A stretch of DNA of 64,000 nucleotides from Malacoraja senta (taxonomy: Eukaryota), in contig CM075995.1 in assembly GCA_038087875.1 (NCBI GenBank), positions 622,001 to 686,000 of the forward strand, in the 5' to 3' direction. This document shows positions 23,561 to 36,649 of this stretch, in pieces. The stretch's first letter is position 1. Every line of letters starts with the position of its first letter. Both the position numbers and the translations under genes were made by a program. The notes beneath the pieces are model-generated. The model worked only from the letters and a program-made list of their open reading frames with translations, ran no database searches and was not told where the DNA came from.

Positions 23561-25525
23561 CTTAAAAAAAAATTTAAAAAGAACAATTACTGGGAAGTTT
23601 AAACAACACGCCTCCTTCCTCCCCCCCCTTCTGACATCAACCTCTCTTAAATACCTGGTGACTAAAGTGAATGTCATCTTGGATTCCTCCATTTAGGTCC
23701 AGAGCTAGCAGAACAGCAGGTGAACAGCAGAGAGTTGTGGAGGCAGCCCAGACCATCACACAAATCAACCTCCTTTCCATTGACTCCATCTACACTTCAC
23801 GCTGCCTCGGCAAGGCCACCAGCATAATCAAGGACCAGTCTCACCCCGGTCACTCCCTCTTAATTTAGGTTGGTTTTGAGATACAGCGCGGAAACAGGTC
23901 CTTCGGCCCACCGAGTCCAGTCAGTTCAGTTCAGTTCAGTTTTATTTGTCACTAGACCAAGTACAGACCCATTGGGTCTGTTCCCCCAACGTATGGTTGC
24001 GGGGGAGGGGGGCTGGGGGGGGGGGGCGGCATGTGGCGTCACACACACTAACTACCCCCCCGCACAAACGCTAACTACCCCCCTTATGTAGGTTAACACA
24101 GGGTCAACGGTACAATGAAATGTGTTTGACAAGACAACGGGTCACCTCAGCAATGATATTACAAGGATAAAAATAAGATTAAAAAAATATAAGATAAAAG
24201 TGGCATTGGTAGGTAAAAGACAATATTAAATAAAATAGTCAACATATATGATGTGTTTATGAGTTCAGAAGCCTGATGGCCTGATGGTAAAAACTGTTCT
24301 TGAGTCTGGTGGTACGTGCAGCCATGCTCCTGTATCGTCTGCCTGACGGCAACAAGAACAGTCTGGGTGCTGGGTGGCTGTGGTCCTTGATGATGCTGTG
24401 TGCCTTCTGCAGGCACCGCCAGTGGAAAATGCCCTGAATGGCCGGGAGACAGTTGCGGAGTGTGTGAGGAAACCGGAGCTCCCGGAGAAAACCCACGCAG
24501 GTCACGGGGAGAAGGTACAAACTCCGCAAAGACAGCACCCGTGGTCGGAATCGAACCTGGGTCTCTGGCGCTGTGAGGCAGCAACACTACCAGCTGCGCC
24601 ACAGTCCAGACCATCACACAAATCAACCTCCTTTCCGTCGACACTTCACGCAGCCACGGCAAGGCCACCAGCGTAATCAAGGACGAGTCTCACCCCAGTC
24701 ACTCCCTCTTCTCCGGTAGAGAAGTGTGAAAACACACGCCTCCAGATTCTTCCCTGCTGTTATCAAGCAACTGAACCATCCTATCACCAACTAGATAACG
24801 GTCAATGAGTCGTAGAGCATGGAAACGGCCCCTTCGGCCTAACCTCCCCACGCCGACCAACCTGTCCAATCTACACTAGTCCCACCAGCCTGCGTTTGGC
24901 CTGTATCCCTCTACACCTGTCTTATCCATGTACCTGTCTAAATGCCCTGACCTAACATGAACCTCATTGGAGACCGTTGGACTATATTTAGTCAGACTTT
25001 ACTGGACTATATCTTGCACTAAACATTATTTCCTTTAACCGATATCACAAGTTCACAAGTTCTAGGAGTAGAATTAGGCCATTCGGCCCATCGAGTCTAC
25101 TCTGTCATTCAATCATGGCTGATCTCTGCTGCCTAATCCCATTTTCCTGCCTTCTCCCTGTAACCCTTGACACCCGCTCTAATCAAGAATCTATCTATCT
25201 CTGCCCTAAAAATATCCACTGACTTGGCCTCCACAGCCCTCTGTGGCAATGAGTTCCACAGATTAACTACCCTCTGACTAAAAAGTTCCTCCTCACCTCC
25301 TTTCTTTGCTTGCATACACAGCGTATACAAATAGCAGCCACCTACGGCGCTGACATAGTTACAAAGCATGCCGGCTCCCCCTTTTGTTCCCCCCCCCCCC
25401 CCCCCCGACACCGGGTCCTCCATGGGGTTTCTAGATTTTGAAAGAGCAACATGAGTGGTTGGTCCTCAGGATGACGGCGTCAAGTGAGAGGACTATTCAT
25501 TGAATGTCGAATAGGTCAGACGACC

Positions 25526-26400
25526 GACACAAAAGGCTGGAGTAACTCAGCGGGTCAGCCGACATCACTGGAGAAAAGGAATAGGTGACTTCAAGTAACC
25601 CTTGCTTCCGCTCTCTCTCCATCTCTCCCCCTTCCCAGTTTTCTGACCAGTCTTAAGGGGCTGTCCCACTGCGGCGACCTAATCCGCGAGTTCAGAGGAG
25701 TTTGCCCTCGACTCATACTCGCAGCATGGTCGACACGAGGTCCTAGGGGAACTCTCCTTCATGCTCGAGAGTAGTCCCCGTGTACTCGAGGCCTCAGCTA
25801 GGTCGCGGCGTATTTTTCAACATGTTGGAAAATGCCCGCGAGTTAAAAATGGTCGCCATGGAAAAAAAACGATATTTTTTTTTACTCGTGGGTTTAGTCG
25901 AAGTAGGTCGTAGTAGGTCGGCATGTTAGTCGTAGGTAATCGAAGGTAGTCGTAGGTAATCGAAGGTAGTTGAAAGTAGTCGTAGATAGTCTTCAACATA
26001 GTCGAAGGGAGGTTGAAGGAGATCGAAGGAGGTCTTCAACATGACTCTTTTTCAACTCTCCTAAACTCGCCAATTAGGTCGCCGTAGTGGAACAGCCCTT
26101 TTACTGTCTCCCACTACATTTTATCTGTTTGCTTTGTTGTTAACTTCTCCCCAGCTAACAATGATCTATTCCACAGTTCCCTTGATCTCCATTCCCTTTA
26201 TCCTATTTTCACACCTTACACTTCCTTATCTATGTATCTCCCTCTCCCCTGACATCAGTCTGAAGAAGGGTGTCGACCCGAAATGTCACCCATTCCTTCT
26301 CTCCAGAGATGCTGCATCACCCGCTGAGTTACTCCAGCTTTTTGTGTGTTTATCTTCGGTTTAAACCAGCATCTGCATCTGCAGTTCCTTCCTACACGAA
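25526..26400 (+). mobile_element. Penelope-like pseudo-LTR/3' UTR fragment with inverted partial copy at its 5' side, interrupted by a MITE
   Basis: Pyrimidine-rich body, hammerhead-like core at 26260-26287, and the tail ccagagatgctgc...gctgagttactccagc...ccagcatctgca. Inverted copy of the tail at 25526-25590. No RT/GIY-YIG coding part visible. Confidence 0.65.
25656..26100. mobile_element. Harbinger-type MITE
   Basis: TIR AGGGGCTGTCCCACTGCGGCGACCTAAT / ATTAGGTCGCCGTAGTGGAACAGCCCTT; TSD TTA/TTA; internal ggtagtcgta-like short repeats. Confidence 0.85.
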
Positions 26401-26819
26401 TAGGTGACGTTTCGGGTCGAGACTCTTCTTCAGACTGGTCAGTGCAGGAACATGCCCCTTGGCCCACCATGTCCTCACCGAACATGATGCCAAGTCAACC
26501 TCTGCATAATCTACTATCTACTTCATTGGTGACCCTTGGACTATCCTTGATTGGATTTGCTGGCTTTATCTTGCATTAAACCTTATTCGCTTATCATGTA
26601 TCTGCACACTGAAAACGGTTCGATTGTAATCATGTATTGTCTTTCTGCTGACTGGATAGCACGCAAAAAAACCTCGGTACACGTGACAATAAACTAAACT
26701 GATCTTGCAACAGAACTGTGCAGGAAAGAACTGCCGGTGCTGGTTTAAAGCGAAGATAGACACAAAATGCTGGAGTAACTCAGCGGGTCAGGCAGCATCT
26801 CTGGAGAGAAAGAATGGGT

Positions 26820-26847
26820 GACGTTTCGGGTCGAGACCCTTCTTCAG
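26820..26847 (-). ncRNA. Minimal hammerhead-ribozyme-like core (GUC cleavage triplet) in a Penelope-like repeat
   Basis: Minus strand reads CTGAAGA-A-GGGT-CTCG-ACCC-GAAACGTC. Confidence 0.62.
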
Positions 26848-27360
26848 ATTGAAACGTCACCCATTCCTTCTCTCCAGAGATGCTGCCTGTCCCACTGAGT
26901 TGCACCAGCTTTTTGTGTCTATCTTCTTGCTACTGAAGTGACTGATCTTGCCTGCACGCGGTCCATACCCCTGCATATCCATGTGACTGTTCATTAGCCT
27001 CTTGGAAATGACCCTAGGGAGTACTGAGGAAGAGAGGGACCTCGGTGTAAGAGTCCAAGGGTCCCAGAAAGTTGTAGCACAGTAAGATAAGGTGAAGAAG
27101 GCAGATGTGAAATCGACCTTCGTTAGAGAGAGAATTTGAGTGTAGGAGCAAGGAGGTCCTACTGCAGTTGCAACAGGGCTCAGGTGAGACCGCACCTGGA
27201 GTATTGTGTGCAGTTTTGGTCTCCTAATTTGAGGAAGGGCATTCTTGTTATTGAAGGAGTGCAGCGTAGGTTCAACAGGTTAATTCCCGGGATGGCAGGA
27301 CTAACATATGATGAAAGATACATCAACTTGTCTTATATTCACTGGAATTTAGAAGGATGA

Positions 27361-28325
27361 CAATAGACAATAGGTGTAGGATTAGGCCATTCGAGCCAGC
27401 ACCGCCATTCACTGTTATCATGGCTGATCATCCACAATTAGTACCCCGTTCTTGCCTTCTCCCCATATCCCTTGACTCCGCTATCTTTAAGAGCTCTACT
27501 TAACTCTCTCTTGAAAGCAACCAGAGAATCGGCCTCCACTGCCTTCTGAGGCAGAGAATTCCATAGATTGACAACACTCTGGGTGAAAAAGTTTTTCCTC
27601 ATCCCCGTTCTAAATGGCCTAAATCCCTTATTCTTAAACTGTGGCCCCTGGTTCTGGACTCCCACAACACCGGAACGTGTTTCCTGCCTCTAGCGTGTCC
27701 AATCCCTTAATAATCTTATATGTTTCAATAAGGTGCCCTCTCATCCTTCTAAATTCCAGTGTATACAAGCCCAGTCTCTCTATTCTTTCAACATATGACA
27801 GTCCCGCCATCCTGGGAATTAACCTCGTGAACCTACGCTGCACTCCCTCAATAGCAAGAATGTCCTTCCTCAAATTTGGAGACCAAAACTGCACACAATA
27901 CTCCAGGTGTAGTCTCACTAGGGCCCTGTACAACTCAATGAGAGGCGATCTTATAGAAATATATAAAATTCTTAAGGGATTGGACAGGCTAGATGCAGGA
28001 AAAATGTTCGCCATGTTGGGGGAGTCCAGAACCAGGGGTCACAGTTTAAGAATAAGGGGTAAGCCATTTAGGACTGAGATGAGGAAAAACGTTTTCACTC
28101 AGAGAGTTGTGAATCTGTGGAATTCTCTGCCGCAGAAGGCAGTGGAGGCCAATTCACTGGATGTTTTCATGAGAGAGTTAGATGTAGCTCTGAGGGCTAA
28201 AGGAATCAAGGGATATGGGGAGAAAGCAGGAACGGGATACTGATTTTGGATGATCAGCCTTGATCATATTGAATGGCGGCGCTGGTTCGAAGGGCTGAAT
28301 GGCCTACTCCTACACCTATTTTCTG
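27361..28325. mobile_element. Two CR1 3' fragments fused in opposite orientation (27361-27936 minus; 27937-28325 plus)
   Basis: Both encode ...GDLIE/GHLIE...FTQxVVNLWNSLP...GYGEKA and the CR1 3' UTR, pointing away from the junction. Confidence 0.85.
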
Positions 28326-29697
28326 TTAGCCAAGTCACAAGACAAGAGAGTATTCTTGACAAGGATGTTGCCAGGACAAGGGCATGAGCTATAGGGAGGT
28401 GCTCGATTTGGCTAGAATTCTATTCCCTGGAGCACAGGATAAGGGGTGATCTTACATAAGTGGGCAAAATCGTAAAAGGAATAAATCGGGTAAATGCACA
28501 GTTTCTTGCCCAGAGTAGGGGAATCGAGAACAAGATTGTGTTCAGTTTTTGGTCTGGAAAGCTGGAAAGGGTGCAGAGAAGATCTACGAGAATGAGGGCC
28601 TGAGCTATAGGAAGAAGATGAGCAGACTAGGACTTTATTCCTTGGAGCGCAGGAGGACGAGGAGTGATCTTATAGGTGTGCACAAAATCATGAGAGGAAT
28701 AGATCGGGTAGATGCACAGAGTCTCTTGCACAGAGTAGAGGAATCGAGAACCAGAGGACATAGGTTAAAATTGAAGGGCGGAAAGATTGAATAGGAATCT
28801 GATGGGCACCTTTTCCACACAAAGGGTGGCGGGCGTATGGAACGAGCTGCCTGATGAGGTAGTTGAGACAGGTATTATCGCAACGTTTAAGAAACATTTA
28901 GACAGGTAAATGGTTAGGACAGGTTAGAGGGATATGGGCCAAAAGCAGGCATGTGGAACTAGTGTGGATGGGACACGTTGGTGGGTGTCGGCAAGTTGGC
29001 CGAAGGGCCTGTTTCCATGCTGTATGTCTCTATAATACTAAGAGCAGTGTAGTTATGTTACAACTTTATAAAAGATCGGGATAGTAAAGAGGTATTTGAT
29101 GGTCAGCATGTACAAGGTGGGCCGAAGGGCCTGTCTTTGTGCTACATGACTCGCTGATAGTCATTTAAGTATTGTACTCTCTCCACCTCTAAAATACCCG
29201 TGTGTTTTTTAAAGCAAACAGCAAACTCTTGAAATGTATGAAGAAATGTTATTCCAAAGACGTGCAGGTTTGTAGGTTAATTGTAAATAATCCCTCGTGC
29301 GTAGGATAGAACTAGTGTACGGGCATCACTGGTCGGCAAAACTCGGAGGCCCAAAGGGTATGTTTCCACACTGCATCTCTAACTAAACTAAAGATGACAG
29401 ACCACGCTACAGAGATTGCCATCTAACAGTAGATGCCACTGTTGCATAATGCGTGGAAAGCATTGTAATGAGCAAAGGGAATTTTAGGGACTCCAATTCA
29501 ATAAAAGTTAATAATAAAAGTTATGCAAGAGTTATTGATCAGTAAGGGCGTCAGGGGTTATGGGGAGATGGCAGGAGAATGGGGTTGAGGGGGAAAGATG
29601 GATCAGCCATGATTGAATGGCGGAGTAGACTTGATGGGCCAAATGGCCTAGAACTTATGAACTTAAAAGGCTTCCGTGTTTTAAAATATTACTTTTT

Positions 29698-29886
29698 TGT
29701 GCGTGTGCGTGCGTGCGTGCGTGCGTGCATGTGTGTGTGTGTGTGTGTGTATATATGTGTGTGTATATGTGTATATGTGTGTGTGTGTGTGTGTATATGT
29801 GTGTGTGTATGTATATGTGTGTGTGTATATGTATGTGTGTGTGTGTATGTGTATATGTGTGTGTGTGTGTGTGTATGTGTGTGTGT

Positions 29887-29968
<82 letters not shown>

Positions 29969-30270
29969 ATATTGTGTGTGTATGTGTATATGTGTGTGTG
30001 TGTGTGTGTATGTGTGTGTGTGTATGTGTATATGTGTGTGTGTATATGTATGTGTGTGTGTGTATGTGTATATGTGTGTGTGTGTGTATGTGTATGTGCA
30101 TATGTGTGTGTGTGTATATATGTGTGTGTGTGTGTGTGTGTATGTGTGTGTGTATATGTGTGTGTATGTGTGTGTGTGTATATGTGTGTGTGTGTATATG
30201 TGTATGTGTGTGTGTGTATGTGTGTGTGTATATGTGTGTGTGTATATGTATGTGTGTGTGTGTATATGTA

Positions 30271-30301
<31 letters not shown>

Positions 30302-30468
30302 GTGTGAGTGTGTGTGTGTGTGAGTGATTGTGTGTATATGTGTGTGAGTGTGTGTGTGTGAGTGAGTGAGTGTGTGTGTGTGTGTGTGTGCGCGCGCATG
30401 TGTGTCTATGTGTGCGTGCGTGCGTGCGTGTGTGTGTGTGTGTGCGTGCGTGCGTGTGTGTGTGTGTA
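29698..30468. repeat. Compound (TG)n/(TA)/(CG) microsatellite, ~770 bp
   Basis: Near-continuous alternating purine-pyrimidine tract. Confidence 0.98.
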
Positions 30469-31940
30469 AGCTTAGAGGTGCAAAGTCTTAAGTGTTTTAT
30501 GTGCAATAGCCAAGTCTAATGCTTAAAACAGTTACTTAAATCCAACATTCATTCGTTTCCGTTCACTACCTTTCTCACTCATTTAACATCTCTAAGAAAT
30601 GTATAACTAATTAATTTCAATATGAGATGGTTGAAGAAAGAAATTCAAAGTTACTTGATGAAAGATCACTGGTCTATGATCATTCACTTTGCATTTACAG
30701 TGTACAGATACTTATCATGTGTCTGTACACTCTGAATGTCTCGATTGTAATCATGTATTGTCTTTCCGCCGAATGGCCAGCACGCAACAAAAGCTTTCCA
30801 CTGTACCTCGGTACACGTGACAATAAACTGAACTGAACTGAACTGGAACTGAAACTGTAGTAAAGATTTGTGTCCTCTGCTGCCTTCTCAGTATCCACTC
30901 AATATTCGTTACACCATCATTACAAGAATCATACTCAGTCAACCTGGAAATGTGGCTTTGTTCATAGTGAACACCCTCATCATTTGTGTCAGTAGGTCAT
31001 AAGTCACAAGGTCATAAGTGATAGGAGTATAATTAGACCATTCGGCCATCAAGTCTAGTCCACCATTCAATCACGGCTGACCTATCGCTCCCTCCAAACC
31101 CCATTCACCTGCCTTCTCCCCATAATCTCTGACACCTGCACTAATCAAAAATCTGTAGGAAGGAACTGCAGATGCTGGTTTAAACCGAAGGTAGACACAA
31201 AAAGCTGGAGTAACTCAGCGGGTCAGGCAGGCTCTCTGGAGAGAAGGAATGGGTGACGTTTCAGATCTGAAGAACGGTCTTGACCCGAAACGTCACCCAT
31301 TCATTCTCTCCAGAGATGCTGCCTGTCTCGTTGAGTAACTCCAGCTTTTTGTGTCTAATCAAAAATCTATCTATCTCTGCCTGAAAAATATCCACTGACT
31401 TGGCCTCCACAGCCTCCTGTGGCAAAGAATTCCACAGATTCACCAACCTATGCCTAAAGATTTTTAGTTGCTGATACAGGTTGAACACTGATTGTCCGCG
31501 ACCCAGGGGCTACAACGTGAGCTGCAACAGCAGCAGGATCACTGGACTGTGCGGTGGGTGAAGAAGGGCTGTTGCGAGTCGGGAGTGGGGTCGGAAGCCG
31601 GGGCTCTAAATGCCCGGGAGACGATGGAGACTGGGGAGGGGTTCAGCAGGTTTTAGTTTCAGTTTTAGACATACAGCGCGGAAACAGGCCTTTCGGCCCA
31701 CCGAGTCCGCACCGACCAACGATCCCCGCACACTGACACCACCCTACACGCACGAGGAACACTTTTTTACGCATACACCAGGCCAATTAACCTACAAACC
31801 TGTACGTCTTTGGAGTGCGGGAGGAAACCGAAGATCTCGGAGAAAACCCACGCAGGTCACGGGGAGTACGTACAAACTCCGTACAGACAGCACCCGTGGT
31901 CGAGATGGATCCCGGGCCTCCGGCGCTACAAGCGCTGTAA

Positions 31941-32134
31941 AGGGCCTGTCCCACTTGGCCATCATTTGCGCGTAATTTACGCGACATCATTTACGCGTCA
32001 CGATGCGCGCCTGGTGCGTGGTGACATAGGCAGTGACGTGCGGTCGCGCGCGGCGTCCCAGGATTTTGTGATGTGCAAAATCTTTGCGCGCCATCTGCGT
32101 GACGCGCAAATGACGGCCAAGTGGGACAGGCCCT
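31941..32134. mobile_element. Harbinger-type MITE inside a V-SINE
   Basis: TIR AGGGCCTGTCCCACTTGGCC / GGCCAAGTGGGACAGGCCCT; flanks TAA and TTA; same subfamily as 61826-62018. Confidence 0.88.
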
Positions 32135-33269
32135 TTAGGCAGCAACTCTATCTCTGCGCCCTATCCATTCCTCGGTCATTCCAAGCACATTCAGTTTACA
32201 TTTTTCTATATGTGTAGGAAGGAGCAAAAGAACGCTGGTTTAAACCAAAGATCGAGACTGAAAGCTGGAGTAACTCAGCGGGACTGGCAGCATCTCTGGA
32301 GAGAAGGAATGGGTGAACATTTCAGGCCGAGACCCTTCTTCACACTGCCTCACCCGCTGAGTTACTCCAACTTTTTGTGTCTATCTTACATTTTATATTA
32401 TAGTTTCTGGCACTCCGTGCTTTGGAAACACGGGAGGGGTGTCATCAGCGGGCCAGGGGTACATTGCCATTTCGGTACAACGTGACCTCTGGATCATCCA
32501 GAAAGACTCTGGATCCGAGGATGTCGGGAAAAAAATCGGTGTTGAACCTGTATCTACAACCACGATTTAAACGCCACGCACACGACCAGCTTGTGGAGCT
32601 TCACAAAGTTCTGTAAGGAATTGTCAGCTCTTAATTTGAGAAGGCAGGTTTTCAACAACAACTTGCATCTCAGCGATACTTAACGTTGAACGCACTAGGG
32701 TCATATTCCCACTTGGCTTATCCTGCCTCGGCTGGCTTCCAACAAAATATTAACTAGGGATGAGTTTGACAAGAATCCCAAGATTTTAAGGCCAGTACTG
32801 AGGAGGCCTACTGTGAGCAATTTTGGGCCCCATATCTGAGGAAGGGTGTGCTGGCTCTGGAGAGGGTCCAGAGGATCCCAGGAATGAGTGGGTTAACATA
32901 TGATGAGTGTTTGACAGCACTGGGCCTGTACTCACTGGAGTTTGGAAGGATGAGGTGGGGGGGGAGGACCTCTGAAATTTACCGAATAGTGAAAGGCCTG
33001 GTTAGAGTGGATGTGGAGAGGATGTTTCTACTAGTCTTAGAGGAGAGGCCAAGGCCTCAATTGAAGGACGTACATTTAGAAAGATGAGGAGGAATTTCTT
33101 TAGTCAGAGGGTGGTGAATCTGTGGAATTCATTGCCACAGATGAATGTGGAGGCCAGGCCATTTTAAGAAGGATTTTGAGTTACTTGATTGGTAAGGGTG
33201 TCAGGGGTTATGGGGAGAAGGCAGGAGAATGGGGTTGAAAGGGAAAAATAGATCAGCCATGATTGAATG

Positions 33270-33840
33270 GCAAGAGGAGTTACAAGAGGAGTTGAGTATA
33301 GGAGCAAAGTGGTCCTTCTGCAATTGTACAGCGCCCTAGTGAGACCACACCTGTAGTATTGTGTGCAGTTTTGGTCTCCAAATTTGAGGAAGGACATTCC
33401 TGTCATATACTGAGAGAATGGAACGGCTGGGCTTGTATACTTTAAAAGGATGAGAGGGGATCTTAATGAAATACATAAGATTATGAAGGGTTTGGACACG
33501 CTAGAGGCAGGAAACATGTTCCCGATGTCGGGGGAGTCCAGAACCAGGGGCCACAGTTTAAGAATTAGGGGTAAGCCATTTAGCATGGAGATGAGGAAAC
33601 ACTTTTTCACACAGAGAGTTGTGAGTCTGTGGAATTCTTTGCCTCAGAGGGCGGTGGAGGCCGGTTCTCTGGAAACTTTCACAAGAGTGCTAGATAGGGC
33701 TCTTAAAGATAACGGAGTCAGGGGATATGGGGTGAAGGCAGGAACGGGGTACCGATTGTGGATGATCAGCCATGATCACATTGAATGGTGGTGCTGGCTC
33801 GAAGGGCCGAATAGCCTTCTCCTGCACCTATTGTCTATTG
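33270..33840 (+). mobile_element. CR1 LINE 3' fragment (internally deleted)
   Basis: RGDLNEIHKIMKGLD...FFTQRVVSLWNSLP...GYG and CR1 3' UTR. Confidence 0.85.
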
Positions 33841-34150
33841 ATGGGCCGAATGGCCTTATTCTGCTCCTATGACTAGTGAACATGACTTATAGTGAAGGAG
33901 GTATTGTTAAAGAATGAGATGCCATCCAGAGACTGACCCGGTCGGTGCATGTAAAAGATCCAAGCGCATCAAGAGTGTTATTTTTTAATCTTCACTCCTC
34001 AAGCAACATTTCCAAATATAGACAATAGACAATAGGTGCAGGAGTAGGCCATTTGGCCCTTCGAGCCAGCACCGCCATCCCGGGAATTAACCTTGTAAAC
34101 CTACGCTGCACTCCCTCAATAGCAAGAATGTCCAAGGATGTTATATTTAC

Positions 34151-34326
34151 CACTCTCCATTTCTTTCCTTCCAGCTCCAGCAGAGGTGTCCGTGGCTGTT
34201 GTGGAGGGCACATGGGAGATGTGGGACTATCCGCGCATGTCTTGGATGGTGAGTTTACGTGCCCGCTCTGCCAACGGAGATTGGGGTTCTTGTGGGTCTT
34301 CTGGTCATCGGCGACGTGGCGGAGAC
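34151..34326 (-). CDS. CAP2: CAP2 internal exon: WH2 end, P2 linker, start of CARP domain (G-LRHVADDQKTHKNPNLR...PLLELEGKKWRV)
   Basis: Acceptor ccctgcag|GT completes the split Gly codon from the previous exon; donor GTG|GTAAAT (phase 0); 176 bp. LRHVxDDQKTxKNP and LELEGKKWRV are CAP2-type motifs. Confidence 0.93.
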
Positions 34327-34564
34327 CTGCAGGGCGAACAGTCACAGTTTCACGGGCACGGAAGAGCATTCTGGATCTGGGTCAGGATCTGGATGTAGTA
34401 CGCTGAAAAGCTCTAGGTCATGGGGTGGGGAACCTTTTCATGTTGGAATGCCGCATTAAGTTAGCTGTAATCTAATAAGGCCGCATCCAAGAAACGTCAA
34501 TGAGATATACTTCAAAATGTACATTATTTTGTAAAAATCTAACTTCAAGAAAATGAAAATATCA

Positions 34565-35750
34565 AGCCAATTAATCAAGGCAATTAACCTACAAACCTGT
34601 ACGTCTTTGGAGTGTGGGAGGAAACCGAAGATCTCGGAGGAAACCGAAGATCTCGGAGAAACCCCACGCAGGTCACGGGGAGAACGTACAAACTCCGTAC
34701 AGACAGCACCTGTAATCAGGATCGAACCCGGGTCTCTGGCGCTGCATTTTGCTGTAAGGCAGCAACTCTACCGCTGCTCCACCGTGACTGCCATTCAACA
34801 GTGCGCTCTCACGAGGGCGCCTCTCTCTTTGGGGGGGCGACACGGTGGCGCAACGGTAGAGTTCAATCCCGACCACGGGTGCCGTCTGTACGGAGTTTGT
34901 ATGCCCCCCCCCCCGTGACCTGCGTAGCTTTTCTCCGAGATTTAGTTTAGGGATACAGCGCGGAAACAGGCACTTCGGCCCACCAGGTCCGCGCCGACCA
35001 GCGATCCCCGCACATTAACACCATCCTACACCCACTAGGGCCAATTTTTTACATTTACCAAGCGAATTAACCTACAAACCTGTACGTCTTTGGAGTGTGG
35101 GAGGAAACCGAAGATCTCTGAGAAAACCCACGCAGGTCACGGGGAGAACGTACAAACTCCGTACAGACAGCACCTGTAGTCAGGATCAAACCCGGTTTCC
35201 GGAGCTGCATTCGCTGTAAGGCAGCAACTCTACCGCTGCGCCACCGTGACCGCCCATAAAATGTTCAGTTCAGATCTTCGGTTTCGTCCCACACTCCAAC
35301 GACGTACATATTTGTAGGTTAATTGGCTTGGTGTAAATGTAAAAATCGTCCCTAGTGTGTGTAGGATAGTGTTAGTGTGCGGGGATCGCTGGTCGGTGGG
35401 CCGAAGGGCCTGTTTCCGCGCTGTATCTCTAAACAAAACAAAACTAGGTTGCTGCCTCACTGCGCCAAAGACCCGGGTTCGATCCTGACTATGGGTGCTG
35501 TCGGCGCGGAGTTTGCACGGAGTTCTCCCCGTGACCTGCGTGGGTTTTCTCCGGGAGGTCCGTTTTCCTCGCACATTCCAAAGACACGCAGGTTTGTAGG
35601 TTAATTGGCTTCTGTAAATTGGCCCTGGTGTATAGGATGCAAAACTGGGATAACATAGAACTAGTGTACGGGTGATCGCTGATCGGCACGGGCTCGGTGG
35701 GCCTAGGGGCCTGTTTCCACGCTGTATCCCTAAACTAAATTAAACTAAGA
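34565..35750. mobile_element. Cluster of about five full or partial HE1-like V-SINEs in both orientations
   Basis: Repeated V-domain and tRNA-head blocks on both strands. Confidence 0.82.
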
Positions 35751-35769
35751 GTCCTATTGGATGTATCAA

Positions 35770-36640
35770 TAGGGGGCGCTGCTCTGGGCAGCGGCCATGT
35801 CAGCAGCGTGTTAGTTTTTTTCAACTTTTTTTTATTTTTTAGTATGTTTTAAAGTGTGTATTTAATGTTTCTTTGTGTGTCTTGTGTGGGGGGTGGTGTG
35901 GGGGGGTAAGGGGGAAACCGCTTTGGTCGCCTCCTCCATGGAGAGGCGACTTTTTCCAGGTCGCCTCCCCCGTGGCCTAACATCAAGGATCGGCGCGGCC
36001 TTTCCCGGAGACGCGCCCGGGGCTTCAGCGGCGGGCGCAGCGTGGACTCTCGGCGTGGAGCGGGTGAGCCCTCGCTGGGGCTCGCTGGAGGGGAGCGCTC
36101 CGTTTCGCTGGCCCGGGGCAGCCGGCAGCCTGAAGTCGCAGCCTGAAGTCACGGTCTGCAGAGCTCCAGCTGGTGCGGCGTCTACAGCCCGGGATCCCTT
36201 GTGGGGGACCCGGGGGAAGAAGAAGAAGCCATCACTGCCGGCCCGCGGCTAACTTCTACCGCGGGTCCGGCATGGACTTACCAACACCCCTGCAGGGGAG
36301 CTTCGACCGCCGGCCCTGCAGTCTACAGTGCTTCTGGCTGCGGCGGAGACTTTAAATCTCAACAGCCGGCCTGCGGCCTACAACAACTTAAAGCCGCGGT
36401 CTCCGGTGAGGAAGAGCCGATCCTGGACTGACTCTGGACTCTGGTCCTGTTCACGGAGGGGAAATGGAGGAGGATTGGCCAAATTTTTGTGCCTTCCACC
36501 ACAGTGTTGAATGCTGTGGTGGATGTTTGTGTTACATTTTTTTATTGTGGTTATGTGTTCTTATTATTGTATCGCTGCTGACAACCCAAAATTCCACCAG
36601 CTTGGCTGTGTGGTCATTAAAATACTATACTATACTACTA
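35770..36640 (+). mobile_element. Non-autonomous retroposon without tRNA head, diverged copy C
   Basis: T-rich/G-run 5' region, hairpin followed by tggcctaacatc, gccttccaccacagt, then ATTAAA plus (atact)n end. Confidence 0.6.
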
Positions 36641-36649
36641 TCTCCCATT

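Noticed and set aside
23950..24110. Short element with an agaccc/gggtct hairpin and G/C runs, possibly Helitron-like
   Set aside because: Single copy here with unclear termini; cannot be classified.
25895..26035. Short regularly spaced repeats resembling an array
   Set aside because: Degenerate 9-10 bp tandem units inside a MITE with no unique spacers; not CRISPR.
29579..30506. Several 200-280 aa ORFs rich in CV/HT
   Set aside because: Translations of the TG microsatellite.
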